A stretch of 64,000 bases of DNA. Origin: an uncultured Acidimicrobiaceae bacterium. Its GTDB lineage: Bacteria; Actinomycetota; Acidimicrobiia; Acidimicrobiales; Salinilacustritrichaceae. A program made the position numbers and the translations under genes. Positions 29,920 to 39,459 of the stretch are shown here, one piece after another. The DNA lies in the NCBI GenBank assembly GCA_963972525.1, contig CAXAUZ010000016.1, positions 18,515-82,514 of the forward strand, written 5' to 3'. The notes beneath the pieces are model-generated. The model was not told the DNA's origin and did no database searches. It was given only the letters and a program-made list of their open reading frames with translations. Position 1 is the first letter of the stretch. The number at the start of each line of letters is the position of its first letter.

Positions 29920-32514
29920 GTGCCCTCCGACGACGCCACCGCATCGACCGCGGCCTCCGGGGACCAGGCCGGTCGCCTCCCCACCTCGATCCGGCCCGAG
30001 CGCTACGACCTGCGGCTCGCACCGGACCTCGCCACCAGCACCTTCCGGGGCGCGGCCAGCGTCAACCTCGACGTCGTCTCCCCCGCCGCCGAGCTGGTCT
30101 GCAACGCCGCCGAGCTGGACGTCAGCGAGGCGTGGGTCGACCTCGACGGGCGACGCATCGACGGTGAGATCCACCTCGACGCCGACCTCGAGCAGCTGCG
30201 CGTCGCGCTGCCCGAGACCCTGCCCAGCGGGACGGCGACGCTGCACCTCACCTTCTCCGGCGTGCTCAACGACCGCCTCCGCGGCTTCTACCGGTCGACC
30301 TACACCGCCGACGACGGCGGCGACCGCGCCATCGCCGTCACCCAGTTCGAACCCACCGACGCCCGCCGGGCCTTCCCGTGCTGGGACGAGCCGGAGTTCA
30401 AGGCCGTCTTCGGCGTCACCCTCGACGTGGCCGAGGACCTCCTGGCCATCTCGAACGGCCCCGAGCTGGCCCGGGAGGACCTCGGCGAGGGCCGGGTGCG
30501 CATCCGCTTCGCCGACACCATGCCGATGTCGACCTACCTGGTCGCGTTCGTCGTCGGACCGATGGAGACCACCGGCCCCGTCGACGTCGACGGGGTGCCG
30601 CTGCGCATCGTGCACCGCCCCGGGCAGGGCGAGCTGGCCGAGTTCGCGCTGGAGGTCGGGGCCTACGCCCTGCGCTTCTTCGCCGACTACTACGGCATCG
30701 CCTACCCGGGCGACAAGGTCGACATGGTGGCCGTGCCCGACTTCGCGTTCGGCGCCATGGAGAACCTGGGCTGCGTCGTCTACCGGGAGACCCTCCTGCT
30801 CGTCGACCCCGAGTCCGCCACCCAGGCCGAGCTCCTCGCCGTCGTCGACGTGATCGCCCACGAGCTCGCCCACATGTGGTTCGGCGACCTGGTGACGATG
30901 CGCTGGTGGAACGGCATCTGGCTGAACGAGGCCTTCGCCACGTTCATGGAGGCCAAGTGCGCAGCGGCGTTCCGCCCGGCGTGGGAGCGGTGGATGCACT
31001 TCGGCCGCGAGCGGTCCGGCGCGTTCGACGTCGACGCGCTGGCCACCACCCGCCCGATCGAGTACCCGGTGCGCACGCCCGCCGACGCCGAGGGCATGTT
31101 CGACACGCTCACGTACCAGAAGGGCTCGGCCGTCGTCCGCATGCTCGAGCAGTACCTGGGCGAGGACGCCTTCCGGGACGGCATCCGCCGCTACCTGCAG
31201 ACCCACCAGTTCGGCAACACCGAGACCGGCGACCTGTGGGACGCCCTCGAAGCCGTCACGGGCGAGCCGGTTCGGGCGATCATGGACAGCTGGATCTTCC
31301 AGGGTGGCTTCCCGCTCGTCACCGCGAGCCTCGACGCTGACCGCCTCGTCCTGGCCCAGCAGCCGTTCCGCTACACGGAGCCGGCCGAGGTGGGCGACGG
31401 CGAGGATCCCCGGTGGCACGTGCCGGTGGTCGTGCGCAGCGCAGGTGGCACCGAGCGCATCGTGCTCGACGGCGCTCGGGCCTCGTTGGCCCTCCCGGCC
31501 ACGCCCACCGCCACCGCGCCGGTCGTCGTCAACGCCGGCGGCCACGCCTTCTACCGGGTCTCCTACGGCCCCGAGCTCCAGTCCGCCCTCCTCGACGGCC
31601 TCGGCGACCTCGCGCCGCTGGAGCGCTACGCGGTCCTCGACGATGCGTACGGCCTCACCCTCCGCGGCGACCGGCGAGCGGGCGACCTCGCCGCCACCGT
31701 GCAACGCATCGCCGACGTCGGCGAGACCGATCTCTCCGTGTGGCAGCTCGCCGCGTCGAGCATCGAGGCGATCGACCGGGCGGCATCCGAGGACGAGCGG
31801 CCGGCCGTCTCGGCGTGGGTCCGGCGCCTCCTGGCCCCGCTCGCCGCCGAGCTCGGCGACGAGGTCGACCCCACCGACGACGATCGCACCCGGGCCCTCC
31901 GCGGGCTCGTCCTCGGGTTGCGAGGCGTGCACGGCGACCCCGCCGCCGTGGCCCGGGCGATCGCGGTGTTCGAGCAGCAGCTGCACCGGCCGACCGAGGT
32001 CGACGCCGAGCTCGGCTCCGGTGCCCTGAAGGCGGCCGCGGTCACCGCGGACGCGGCCCGGTTCGACGCCATGCTCGACCGCTTCCGGCACGGGACCACG
32101 CCCCAGGAGCAGGTCCGCTACCTCTACGCAGCCGCCACCGTGGCCGACGGCGACCTGTTCTCGCGGTACCTCGCGCTGCTCGAGACCGACGAGGTCCGCA
32201 GCCAGAACCTGGCCTTCGCCTACCGGGCGGCGCTGCGCAACCCGGCCCACGACCAGCGCGCCTGGACGGCGGTGCGGGACGGCTGGGAGCGCATCCGGGC
32301 CCGGCTGCCGTTCAACGCCAACCACCGCCTGGTCGAAGGCATCACCAGCATCACCGACCCCGTGCTGGCCGACGAGGTCGAGCAGTTCCTCGCCGACCAC
32401 CCGGTGCCCGAGGCCACCACGCTGATCGCCCAGCACGTCGAGCGGATGCGGGTGCAGGTCGCGGTGCACCAGCGCGAGGCGGGCCAGGTCGCGTCGTCGC
32501 TGCCCGGCGGATGA
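29920..32514 (+). CDS. pepN: Aminopeptidase N (M1 metallopeptidase)
   Basis: GAMENLG exopeptidase motif, [10 protein letters not shown] plus WLNEAFA zinc site, ERAP1-like C-terminal helical domain. GTG at 29920 is in frame with the ORF-track entry. Confidence 0.9.
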   Translation: MPSDDATASTAASGDQAGRLPTSIRPERYDLRLAPDLATSTFRGAASVNLDVVSPAAELVCNAAELDVSEAWVDLDGRRIDGEIHLDADLEQLRVALPETLPSGTATLHLTFSGVLNDRLRGFYRSTYTADDGGDRAIAVTQFEPTDARRAFPCWDEPEFKAVFGVTLDVAEDLLAISNGPELAREDLGEGRVRIRFADTMPMSTYLVAFVVGPMETTGPVDVDGVPLRIVHRPGQGELAEFALEVGAYALRFFADYYGIAYPGDKVDMVAVPDFAFGAMENLGCVVYRETLLLVDPESATQAELLAVVDVIAHELAHMWFGDLVTMRWWNGIWLNEAFATFMEAKCAAAFRPAWERWMHFGRERSGAFDVDALATTRPIEYPVRTPADAEGMFDTLTYQKGSAVVRMLEQYLGEDAFRDGIRRYLQTHQFGNTETGDLWDALEAVTGEPVRAIMDSWIFQGGFPLVTASLDADRLVLAQQPFRYTEPAEVGDGEDPRWHVPVVVRSAGGTERIVLDGARASLALPATPTATAPVVVNAGGHAFYRVSYGPELQSALLDGLGDLAPLERYAVLDDAYGLTLRGDRRAGDLAATVQRIADVGETDLSVWQLAASSIEAIDRAASEDERPAVSAWVRRLLAPLAAELGDEVDPTDDDRTRALRGLVLGLRGVHGDPAAVARAIAVFEQQLHRPTEVDAELGSGALKAAAVTADAARFDAMLDRFRHGTTPQEQVRYLYAAATVADGDLFSRYLALLETDEVRSQNLAFAYRAALRNPAHDQRAWTAVRDGWERIRARLPFNANHRLVEGITSITDPVLADEVEQFLADHPVPEATTLIAQHVERMRVQVAVHQREAGQVASSLPGG

Positions 32515-33722
32515 GCATCAAGGTCCACGAGAGCAGCCGACGCACCCGGTTCGTCAACGCCTTCCGCAGCCACGTCCCCCCGCAGCCCCCGGGAGACGGG
32601 CGTCCGCGCCCGCCGCAGCGCCTGGAGGTGTTCGGCACCGGGACGACGTGGATCCAGCTGACGTGGAGCGCCCTCGGTCCCGGCCCGGTCGAGGTCCGCT
32701 GCGGGGACCGGTCCGTCACGGTCGACGCCGACGGCGGACCCGGCGCGGCCACGTTGACCGACCTCGCACCGGGGCGGCTCCACGCCATCCACCTCCGCGG
32801 ACCGGGCCTGCCCGGGCCGCTCCCCCCGCTGGAGGCCCGGACCCTGGTGCCGCCGCCCGGCGAGCTGCTCCACCGCATCGCCACGGTGAGCGACACCCAC
32901 ATCGGCTCCCGCAGCACCGGGTTCCTGCACACGATCATCGAGAAGCCCGAGCCCGACGAGGTCCACCCCGTGCGCTGCGCCCGGGCCGCCCTGCGCGAGG
33001 CGCGGGCCTGGGGCGCCGATGAGCTGATCGTGAAGGGCGACCTGGTCGACCACAGCCGGCCCGAGTGGTGGGCCCAGGCGGCATCGGTGCTCGAGGAGCT
33101 CGTCGTACCGATCTCGGTCGTGCCCGGCAACCACGAGTGGTCCGGCCGGGGCGACGGGGATCCGGCCGCCGGCCTCGCCCGCCACGGCCTGCAGCTGGTG
33201 ACGGATGTGGCCCACGTGGACCGCCCCGGCGTCCGCGTGGTCCTGGTCGACAGCACGATCCCCGGTCAGGATCCCGGGCGGGTGTCCGACGTGCTCGACC
33301 GCACGCTCGACATCGCCGGCAGCACCGACCTGCCCCTCCTCGTCGCCATGCACCACCAGCCCCTGCGCTGGCGCGTCCCGACCTACCTCCCGGCCGGCAT
33401 CCCGGGCCCCGAGGCCGAGCACTTCCTGCGCGCCCTCGGCCGGGCCAACCCCCGCACCCTCGTGACCTCGGGCCACACGCACCGGCACCGGCGCCGCCAC
33501 GTCGGCCCGGTCACCATCACCGAGGTCGGTTCCACCAAGGACTTCCCGGGCACGTGGGCCGGCTACGAGGTGCACGAGGGCGGGGTGGTCCAGACGGTGC
33601 ACCGCATCGCCGAGCCGTCCTGCATCCGCTGGACCGACCACACCCGACGTGCCGCGCTCGGCGTGTGGCAGCTGTGGTCGCCCGGCCGCCTCGGCGACCG
33701 CTGCTTCACCCGGACGTGGTGA
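32511..33722 (+). CDS. Metallophosphoesterase with an N-terminal FN3/purple-acid-phosphatase-like beta domain
   Basis: ATG at 32511 overlaps the pepN stop (ATGA). Motifs VSDTHIG, KGDLVDH, VPGNHE, AMHHQP and SGHTHRH form the calcineurin-like signature. Confidence 0.75.
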   Translation: MSIKVHESSRRTRFVNAFRSHVPPQPPGDGRPRPPQRLEVFGTGTTWIQLTWSALGPGPVEVRCGDRSVTVDADGGPGAATLTDLAPGRLHAIHLRGPGLPGPLPPLEARTLVPPPGELLHRIATVSDTHIGSRSTGFLHTIIEKPEPDEVHPVRCARAALREARAWGADELIVKGDLVDHSRPEWWAQAASVLEELVVPISVVPGNHEWSGRGDGDPAAGLARHGLQLVTDVAHVDRPGVRVVLVDSTIPGQDPGRVSDVLDRTLDIAGSTDLPLLVAMHHQPLRWRVPTYLPAGIPGPEAEHFLRALGRANPRTLVTSGHTHRHRRRHVGPVTITEVGSTKDFPGTWAGYEVHEGGVVQTVHRIAEPSCIRWTDHTRRAALGVWQLWSPGRLGDRCFTRTW

Positions 33723-33728
33723 CGCCGC

Positions 33729-34364
33729 TCAGAGCAGGGAGGCGACGAGGGCGATCTGGGCGGCGTGGTAGGTGACCATCACGGCGACCCGACCCCAGGC
33801 CAGGGGCTGGATGAAGCGGGTCCAGGCGATGAGGGCGTCGGACACGTAGAACGACACCGCGCCGGCCAGCGCGACCGCGCTCCCGGACGCGCCGGCCGAG
33901 ATCACCATCACGCTGATCACCAGCATGTACGCGGAGACCGGGACGGTGAGCTCGGGCTCGTCGCCGGCGCGCACGGCCTGCAGGATCCGCTGGCCGAGCA
34001 GCGGCAGGGCCACCACGATGATCGCCACACCGGCCGCGAGACCGGACCGCGAGGTGCCCAGGATCCACAGCCCGACGATGTAGGCGACGTGGCCGAGCAG
34101 GAACGACGCCAGGCCGGGCACGAACAGGTCCCGGGGCAGCATGAGGAACACGTCGCCGGCGAGGGACAGGACCAGGGCGACCACGAACCACGTCCGGGCC
34201 GTGCCGTCCACGGGGTCGAGGGCCAGGGCGGCGGCGATGAGCACCACCATGGTCAGGGGCTTGGCCACGTACTCGACGCGTCGTCGGTCGGTCGCCACCG
34301 CCCACCAGTCGACGGCGGCGACCACCAGGGTGGCGGCGAGGAGCGCGATGACGGTCCCGTCCAT
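33729..34364 (-). CDS. YhhN-family membrane protein (lysoplasmalogenase-like)
   Basis: 211 aa, about 7 TM segments. KPLTMVVL, LSLAGDVFLM, FLLGHVAYI and FYVSDALIAW are typical YhhN motifs. Confidence 0.8.
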   Translation of the reverse strand: MDGTVIALLAATLVVAAVDWWAVATDRRRVEYVAKPLTMVVLIAAALALDPVDGTARTWFVVALVLSLAGDVFLMLPRDLFVPGLASFLLGHVAYIVGLWILGTSRSGLAAGVAIIVVALPLLGQRILQAVRAGDEPELTVPVSAYMLVISVMVISAGASGSAVALAGAVSFYVSDALIAWTRFIQPLAWGRVAVMVTYHAAQIALVASLL

Positions 34365-34387
34365 GGCGATGGTCTACTGGACCCCCT

Positions 34388-35410
34388 GTGAGCGGCACCG
34401 ACCTCGAGCACCGCACCGAGATCCGGAAGGCGAACCGCACCACGCCGATCTGGGTCGGATTGGTCGTGGTGGCGGCGATCGTCGCGCTCGTCGTCGGCAG
34501 CGGGGACGACGACGGGGAGGCCACCCCGGACCCCGGGCCGACCACCGTCCCGGCGACCCCCACCAGCGAGACGCTCACCACCACGTCACCCCGGGGGCTG
34601 CCGCCGGTGTACGGGCTCACGCCGGTGGGGGGCGAGGGTGCGCTCTTCGCGTTCTCGACCGCCACCGCGCCGTCGGGAGCCAGTGGGCTGGTCGGAGCCG
34701 AGGTGCAGGCCGTCGTGACGACCGACGACGTCGTCGTCGTGCTGGCCGGCGGCAGGGTCCTCGCAGCCGAGCCGGGCGAGCCGTTCGAGGAGGTCGTGGG
34801 CTGCTGCGTCGAGGGGCTGCACCCGTCGAACGAACCCGGCCACGTGTGGCTGCACGACGGCGCGGAGGTCTCCCTGCTGCAGCTCGAGGGCGGCGGCTCC
34901 ATCACCGAGCTCGACATCGGCGACGGGGAGGTCCTCGGCCCGGCGAGCTTCGGGATCGTCGTCCTCGGCAGCGACGGGATGGTGCGCTGGCACCGACCCA
35001 GCTTCGAGCCGACTGACCTGGGCACCTCCGACGATCGCCGGGCCATCGACGCCGGGGGCGAGCGCCTCCTGGTCGCCGCGCCGGCCACGGCTGCAGCCGA
35101 CGCCCGCCTGCAGGTCTGGTCGATCACCGGCAACGGGCTGCTCGCCACCCATGCCCTCGTCGACGACGCCGGCGCCGACGGCCGGCTGTCTCCGGACGGG
35201 TCGGTGGTCCTGGTGCCGGCGCCGGGCGGCTGGGACGTGCGCGACGCCGTGACCGGCGTGCTGCACGGCACGCTGCCGAAGGTCGACTCGCCGGTCTGGG
35301 TCGGGGGGACCCGGTTCGGCGCCACGATCGACGACCAGCTCGTCGTGTCCGACAGCGGCGTGCTGCCGTTGCGCTGGCCCGTGGCCGCAGTGGCCGAGCT
35401 GTCGCCGTGA
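34388..35410 (+). CDS. Hypothetical membrane-anchored protein (one N-terminal TM, Thr/Pro linker, beta-rich ectodomain)
   Basis: 340-aa ORF with GTG start 23 nt from the divergent YhhN gene. TM WVGLVVVAAIVALVV. No domain I can name. Confidence 0.55.
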   Translation: MSGTDLEHRTEIRKANRTTPIWVGLVVVAAIVALVVGSGDDDGEATPDPGPTTVPATPTSETLTTTSPRGLPPVYGLTPVGGEGALFAFSTATAPSGASGLVGAEVQAVVTTDDVVVVLAGGRVLAAEPGEPFEEVVGCCVEGLHPSNEPGHVWLHDGAEVSLLQLEGGGSITELDIGDGEVLGPASFGIVVLGSDGMVRWHRPSFEPTDLGTSDDRRAIDAGGERLLVAAPATAAADARLQVWSITGNGLLATHALVDDAGADGRLSPDGSVVLVPAPGGWDVRDAVTGVLHGTLPKVDSPVWVGGTRFGATIDDQLVVSDSGVLPLRWPVAAVAELSP

Positions 35411-35416
35411 GCGCTG

Positions 35417-36616
35417 CTACGACGACGCCGCAGCGACCGCCTCGTCCCAGCCGAGACCCTGCTCCAGCGCCATGCGGTAGCGCACGGTCTTGGCCGGCCA
35501 GTTCCAGCCCAGCGCGCCCGTGACCCGGCCGTCGCGCCCGTAGAGGGCCACGAAGCGCTCCTCGCCGATCGCCCCGTCGACCACGGCGAGCTGCCCGCCC
35601 TGGTCGGGCAGGGTCGGGCGTCCGGCCACCTGGACCCGGACGTCGTGCTGGTCGGACCAGAACCACGGGACCGGGTCGTAGGCCTCGGCCTCGCCGTCGC
35701 TCGCCAGCAGGCGCCGGCCGGCGGCGCGGCCCATGTCCACCGCGTTGTCCCAGTGCTCGATGCGCAGGCGCCCGTAGCGGGGGCTGTCCCAGGACGCGAC
35801 GTCGCCCGCCGCGGTGATGCCGGGGGCGACGAGCGTGGTCGCGTCGCAGCGCACCCCGTCCTCGACCGGCAGGCCCGAGCCGTCGAGCCACGCGGTGTTG
35901 GGCACCACGCCGATGCCGACGACGACGAGGTCGGCCTCGATCACCGCGCCATCCGTGGTCCGGACCCCTTCCACGTGGTCGTCGCCGAGCACGGCGTCGA
36001 CCCCCATGCCCAGGCGCAGGTCGACGCCGGCGGCGCGGTGCACGTCGGCGACCGCCGCACCGATGGTCGGGCCGAGCACGCGCTCGAGGGGCTGGGACAG
36101 CGGCTCGACCACGGTGACCTCGTGGCCTCGGTGGCGACACGTGGCCGCGACCTCGCCGCCGATGAAGCCGGCGCCCACCACGACGACGCGCTCGGGGCCG
36201 GCGTCGAGGTCGGCGCGGAGCCCGAGGCAGTCGTCCAGGGACCGCAACACGTGCAGGCCGGCCCGGTCGCGGTGACCGGGCAGCCGGCGGGGCGATGCCC
36301 CGGTGGCGATCACCAGGCCGTCGTAGGGCAGGGACTCCCCGGTGGCGAGCTCCACGGTCCGTCCGTCGACGTCGAGCCCGACGGCACGCTCCCCCACCAG
36401 CCAGTCGAGGTCCAGGTCGTCGTCGCGGGCCGCAGCCCACTCGGTGGTCGACGGGTCCTCGCCGCCCAGCACGCCCTTGGACAGGGGCGGCCGCTCGTAG
36501 GTGCGGACCGGCTCCTCCCCGACCAGGTGGATGGGGCCGTCGTGGCCCCGGGCCCGCAGCTCGGCCGCCGCCGAGAAGCCGGCGATCGATGCGCCGACGA
36601 TGACGATGTCGCGCAT
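35417..36616 (-). CDS. FAD-dependent ferredoxin reductase (pyridine nucleotide-disulfide oxidoreductase)
   Basis: IVIVGASIAGFSAA (FAD GxGxxG), VVVVGAGFIGGEVA (NAD), AAGDVA, and a reductase C-terminal domain. ATG at 36616. Confidence 0.85.
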   Translation of the reverse strand: MRDIVIVGASIAGFSAAAELRARGHDGPIHLVGEEPVRTYERPPLSKGVLGGEDPSTTEWAAARDDDLDLDWLVGERAVGLDVDGRTVELATGESLPYDGLVIATGASPRRLPGHRDRAGLHVLRSLDDCLGLRADLDAGPERVVVVGAGFIGGEVAATCRHRGHEVTVVEPLSQPLERVLGPTIGAAVADVHRAAGVDLRLGMGVDAVLGDDHVEGVRTTDGAVIEADLVVVGIGVVPNTAWLDGSGLPVEDGVRCDATTLVAPGITAAGDVASWDSPRYGRLRIEHWDNAVDMGRAAGRRLLASDGEAEAYDPVPWFWSDQHDVRVQVAGRPTLPDQGGQLAVVDGAIGEERFVALYGRDGRVTGALGWNWPAKTVRYRMALEQGLGWDEAVAAASS

Positions 36617-36627
36617 CGACGTGGGCG

Positions 36628-36828
36628 CTACTCGTCCTCGATGGAGATGGCCTGCTTGGGGCAGCGCTGCACGGCCTCCTCGACCTTGGGACGCAGCTCC
36701 TCGCTGGGGTGCTCCTGCAGGACGTAGAGGAAGTCGTCGTCGCGCACCTCGAACACCTCGGGGGCGATGCCCATGCAGATCGCGTTCGACTCGCACAGGT
36801 CGAAGTCGACGACCACCTTGTAGCCCAT
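36628..36828 (-). CDS. Small single-cluster ferredoxin (3Fe-4S/4Fe-4S type)
   Basis: 66 aa, MGYKVVVDFDLCESNAICMGIAPEVFEV...RCPKQAISIE. 11 nt upstream of the reductase gene. Confidence 0.85.
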   Translation of the reverse strand: MGYKVVVDFDLCESNAICMGIAPEVFEVRDDDFLYVLQEHPSEELRPKVEEAVQRCPKQAISIEDE

Positions 36829-36909
36829 CTCGTGTGCCCCTTCTCGTTCGGCGTCCGGAGACGTCGGAGCGTAGCGGTCCCATCGGTCACCGGACGGCAG
36901 ACTGCCCCC

Positions 36910-38130
36910 GTGCCCCGGCCCGCCAGCCTCTCCGCCGCCCAGGCCCGCCGAACCGTGCTGGCCGCGCAGGGCCTCGCCGCACCCCGGCCGACCGGGCGGG
37001 TCGACCGCCGCCACCTGCGATCCGTGATCCGACGGCTCGGCCTCGTCCAGATCGACTCGGTGAACGTGCTCGAGCGCGCCCACCACCTGCCGTTCTTCAG
37101 CCGGCTCGGCCCGCACGACCGCACCCTCCTGGACCGGCTCGCGTACCGGGACCACGAGCTGTTCGAGTACTGGGGCCACGAGGCGTCGCTCATCGACGTG
37201 GAGCTCGAGCCGCTGCTGCGGTGGCGCATGGCCGACGGCCACCGCTGGAGCGGGCCAGCCACCGTCGGACACCGACGGCCCGACCTCATCGGGACGCTGG
37301 AGACCCTCGTGCACGAGCACGGGCCGGCCTCGGCGGCCGAGCTCGACGAGATCCTGGGGACCCGGCGGGACCGCACCGGGCCCTGGTGGGGGTGGAGCGA
37401 CACGAAGAAGGCGCTCGAGCACCTGTTCTGGCACGGCCGGGTCGGTGCGGTGCGACGGGGCGGGTTCGAGCGGGCGTACTGCCACCCGGGCGTCACCGTC
37501 CCGAGCCACGTGCGAGACCGGCCCACGCCGACCCGGGAGGAGGCGCTGCGAGACCTGCTCCTGGTCGCGGCCCGGGCCCACGGCGTGGCCACCCCGAAGG
37601 ACCTCGCCGACTACTGGCGGTTGCCCATCCGCGAGGTCCGGGCGCTGACCCCCGGGCTCGTCGCCGACGGGCAGCTGGAGGCCGTGGCGGTCGAGGGCTG
37701 GCGCGAGACCGGCCTGCGCCACCCGGATGCCTCGCTCCCCCGGCGCGTGGACGCCTGCGCGCTGGTCTCGCCCTTCGACGTCGCCATGTGGCACCGGGAC
37801 CGGGTCGAGCGCGTCCACGGGTTCCGGTACGTGATCGAGATCTACGTGCCCGAGGCCGAGCGCGTCCACGGCTACTACGTCCTGCCGTTCCTGCTCGGCG
37901 ACACCTACGTCGCCCGGGTCGACCTCAAGGCCGACCGCGCCGGTCGGCGGCTCCTGGTGCAGGCGGCCTGGGCCGAACCCGACCTGGACCAGCGCGGCAC
38001 CGACGAGGTCGAGGTCGCCGAGCGCCTCCGCGGTGAGCTCCGGCTGCTGGCCGACTGGCTCGACCTCGACGACGTGGTCGTCGTCGACCGGGGCGATCTC
38101 GCCCCCGCCCTCGCCGCCGCGACGACGTGA
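36910..38130 (+). CDS. Winged-helix DNA glycosylase of the YcaQ/AlkZ family (DUF1006)
   Basis: LSAAQARRTVLAAQGL...GLVQIDSVNVLERAHHLPFFSRLG...LFEYWGHEASL...HGYYVLPFLLGD. GTG at 36910. Confidence 0.8.
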   Translation: MPRPASLSAAQARRTVLAAQGLAAPRPTGRVDRRHLRSVIRRLGLVQIDSVNVLERAHHLPFFSRLGPHDRTLLDRLAYRDHELFEYWGHEASLIDVELEPLLRWRMADGHRWSGPATVGHRRPDLIGTLETLVHEHGPASAAELDEILGTRRDRTGPWWGWSDTKKALEHLFWHGRVGAVRRGGFERAYCHPGVTVPSHVRDRPTPTREEALRDLLLVAARAHGVATPKDLADYWRLPIREVRALTPGLVADGQLEAVAVEGWRETGLRHPDASLPRRVDACALVSPFDVAMWHRDRVERVHGFRYVIEIYVPEAERVHGYYVLPFLLGDTYVARVDLKADRAGRRLLVQAAWAEPDLDQRGTDEVEVAERLRGELRLLADWLDLDDVVVVDRGDLAPALAAATT

Positions 38131-38140
38131 GCGTTCCCGG

Positions 38141-38174
38141 CGCGCAGATCGACCGCTCGGCGTCGATGTGCGCG
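38141..38174. terminator. Hairpin between convergent ycaQ-like and map genes
   Basis: CGCGCAGATCGAC (38141-38153) pairs with GTCGATGTGCGCG (38162-38174) at 12 of 13 positions. Confidence 0.5.
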
Positions 38175-38184
38175 CGGGGAAGCC

Positions 38185-39129
38185 TCAGTCGGGGTGGGGG
38201 GTGAGCACCTCGGCGCCGTCGTCGGTGACGAGGATCGTGTGCTCGAACTGCGCGGTGCGCTTGCGGTCGATGGTGGCGGCGGTCCACCCGTCGCTCCACA
38301 TGACGTGCTCGTGGGCACCCACGGTGATCATCGGCTCGATGGTGAACGTCATGCCCGGCTCGATGATGTCGGTGAGGCGGGGCTCGTGGTAGTGCGGGAT
38401 GTGCAGGTCGGTGTGGAACTGCTCGCCGATGCCGTGCCCGACGAAGGCCCGCACCACGCCGAACCCCTCGGCCTCGGCGTGGGTCTGGATGGCGTGGCCG
38501 ATGGCCGAGAACGGCTCGCCCGGCTTGACCGCCTCGATGCCCCGGAGGAGCGATTCGTGGGTGACCTGCACCAGGCGGCGGGAGACCTCGTCGACCTCGC
38601 CGACGAAGAACGTGCGGTTGGTGTCGCCGTGGACGCCCTCGCGGAAGATGGTGACGTCGATGTTGACGATGTCGCCGTCGACGAGCTCGCGATCGTCGGG
38701 GATCCCGTGGCAGATGATCTCGTTCACCGACGTGCAGACCGACTTGGGGAACGGGTTGTCGGGACCGCCGTAGAGCAGGGGGCTGGGGTAGGCGCCCGCC
38801 TCGATGGTGGCCTCGTGGCAGATGCGGTCGAGCTCGTCGGTGGTGATGCCGGGGCGGACCGCAGCGCCCGTGAGGGCGAGGATGCGGGCGGCCTCAGCCC
38901 CGGTGCGCCGCATGCGGGCGATGACGTCGGGGGACTTGACCGCGGGCTCGTCCCAGCGGTCGACCCGGCCCTCGACGACGTAGGCGGGCACCTCGATGGT
39001 GTCGGGGACGGGGCGCAGCGGGGAGACGGCGCCCGGTCGGACGGGCTCGAAGCTCGCCTTGTGGCAGCGCTTGAACTTGCGGCCGCTGCCGCAGAAGCAC
39101 TGGTCGTTCGCCTTCATCGTGGCCGTCAC
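38185..39129 (-). CDS. map: Type I methionine aminopeptidase with an N-terminal SEC-C zinc-binding motif
   Basis: N-terminus MKANDQCFCGSGRKFKRCH. Catalytic body with metal ligands in DIVNIDVT, GDTNRTF, GHGIG, FTIEP and QFEHT. GTG at 39129 or ATG at 39117. Confidence 0.9.
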   Translation of the reverse strand: MTATMKANDQCFCGSGRKFKRCHKASFEPVRPGAVSPLRPVPDTIEVPAYVVEGRVDRWDEPAVKSPDVIARMRRTGAEAARILALTGAAVRPGITTDELDRICHEATIEAGAYPSPLLYGGPDNPFPKSVCTSVNEIICHGIPDDRELVDGDIVNIDVTIFREGVHGDTNRTFFVGEVDEVSRRLVQVTHESLLRGIEAVKPGEPFSAIGHAIQTHAEAEGFGVVRAFVGHGIGEQFHTDLHIPHYHEPRLTDIIEPGMTFTIEPMITVGAHEHVMWSDGWTAATIDRKRTAQFEHTILVTDDGAEVLTPHPD

Positions 39130-39189
39130 GGCCCCCAGGGTAACGCCGCATCCACCCGCTCCCCCGGGCGGTGTGCCACGGTCGGATCC

Positions 39190-39459
39190 GTGGGACGCCC
39201 CACCGATGCTGCCACCAAGCGAGCCCGGACCCGACGGCGCAAGGCCCGCCGTGCGGCGACCCGGGCCACGGTCCAGCTCGTCACCGTCCTGGTCGGGGGC
39301 CTGCTCGCCGGCGGCCTGATCGTCGCCGCCGCCCTGCCGGGTGCGACCGGGCCGGTCCCGGCCGCCGCCACCACCGCGGCCGCCGCGGGGGTGGCCGTGC
39401 TGACGCTGGTGGTGGCCCGCCGGTTGCGACCGCTGGATCAGGGCCGTTCGCGCCGGTAG
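39190..39459 (+). CDS. Possible small membrane protein (basic N-terminus, two hydrophobic segments)
   Basis: GTG at 39190. VGRPTDAATKRARTRRRKARRAATRATVQLVTVLVGGLLAGGLIVAAAL...GVAVLTLVVARRL. Strong G/C third-position bias. The 3' end overlaps the convergent SDR gene by 22 nt. No homology recognised. Confidence 0.3.
   Translation: MGRPTDAATKRARTRRRKARRAATRATVQLVTVLVGGLLAGGLIVAAALPGATGPVPAAATTAAAAGVAVLTLVVARRLRPLDQGRSRR

Noticed and set aside
28039-32469. A 1476-aa minus-strand ORF that appears to fuse PNP to a giant N-terminal extension.
   Set aside because: Only the last 277 residues (28039..28872) are PNP-like. The remainder is antisense to the adenosine-kinase-like upstream frame and to pepN, and is compositionally non-protein-like. 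The ATG at 28872 with ATGA coupling gives a normal-length PNP.
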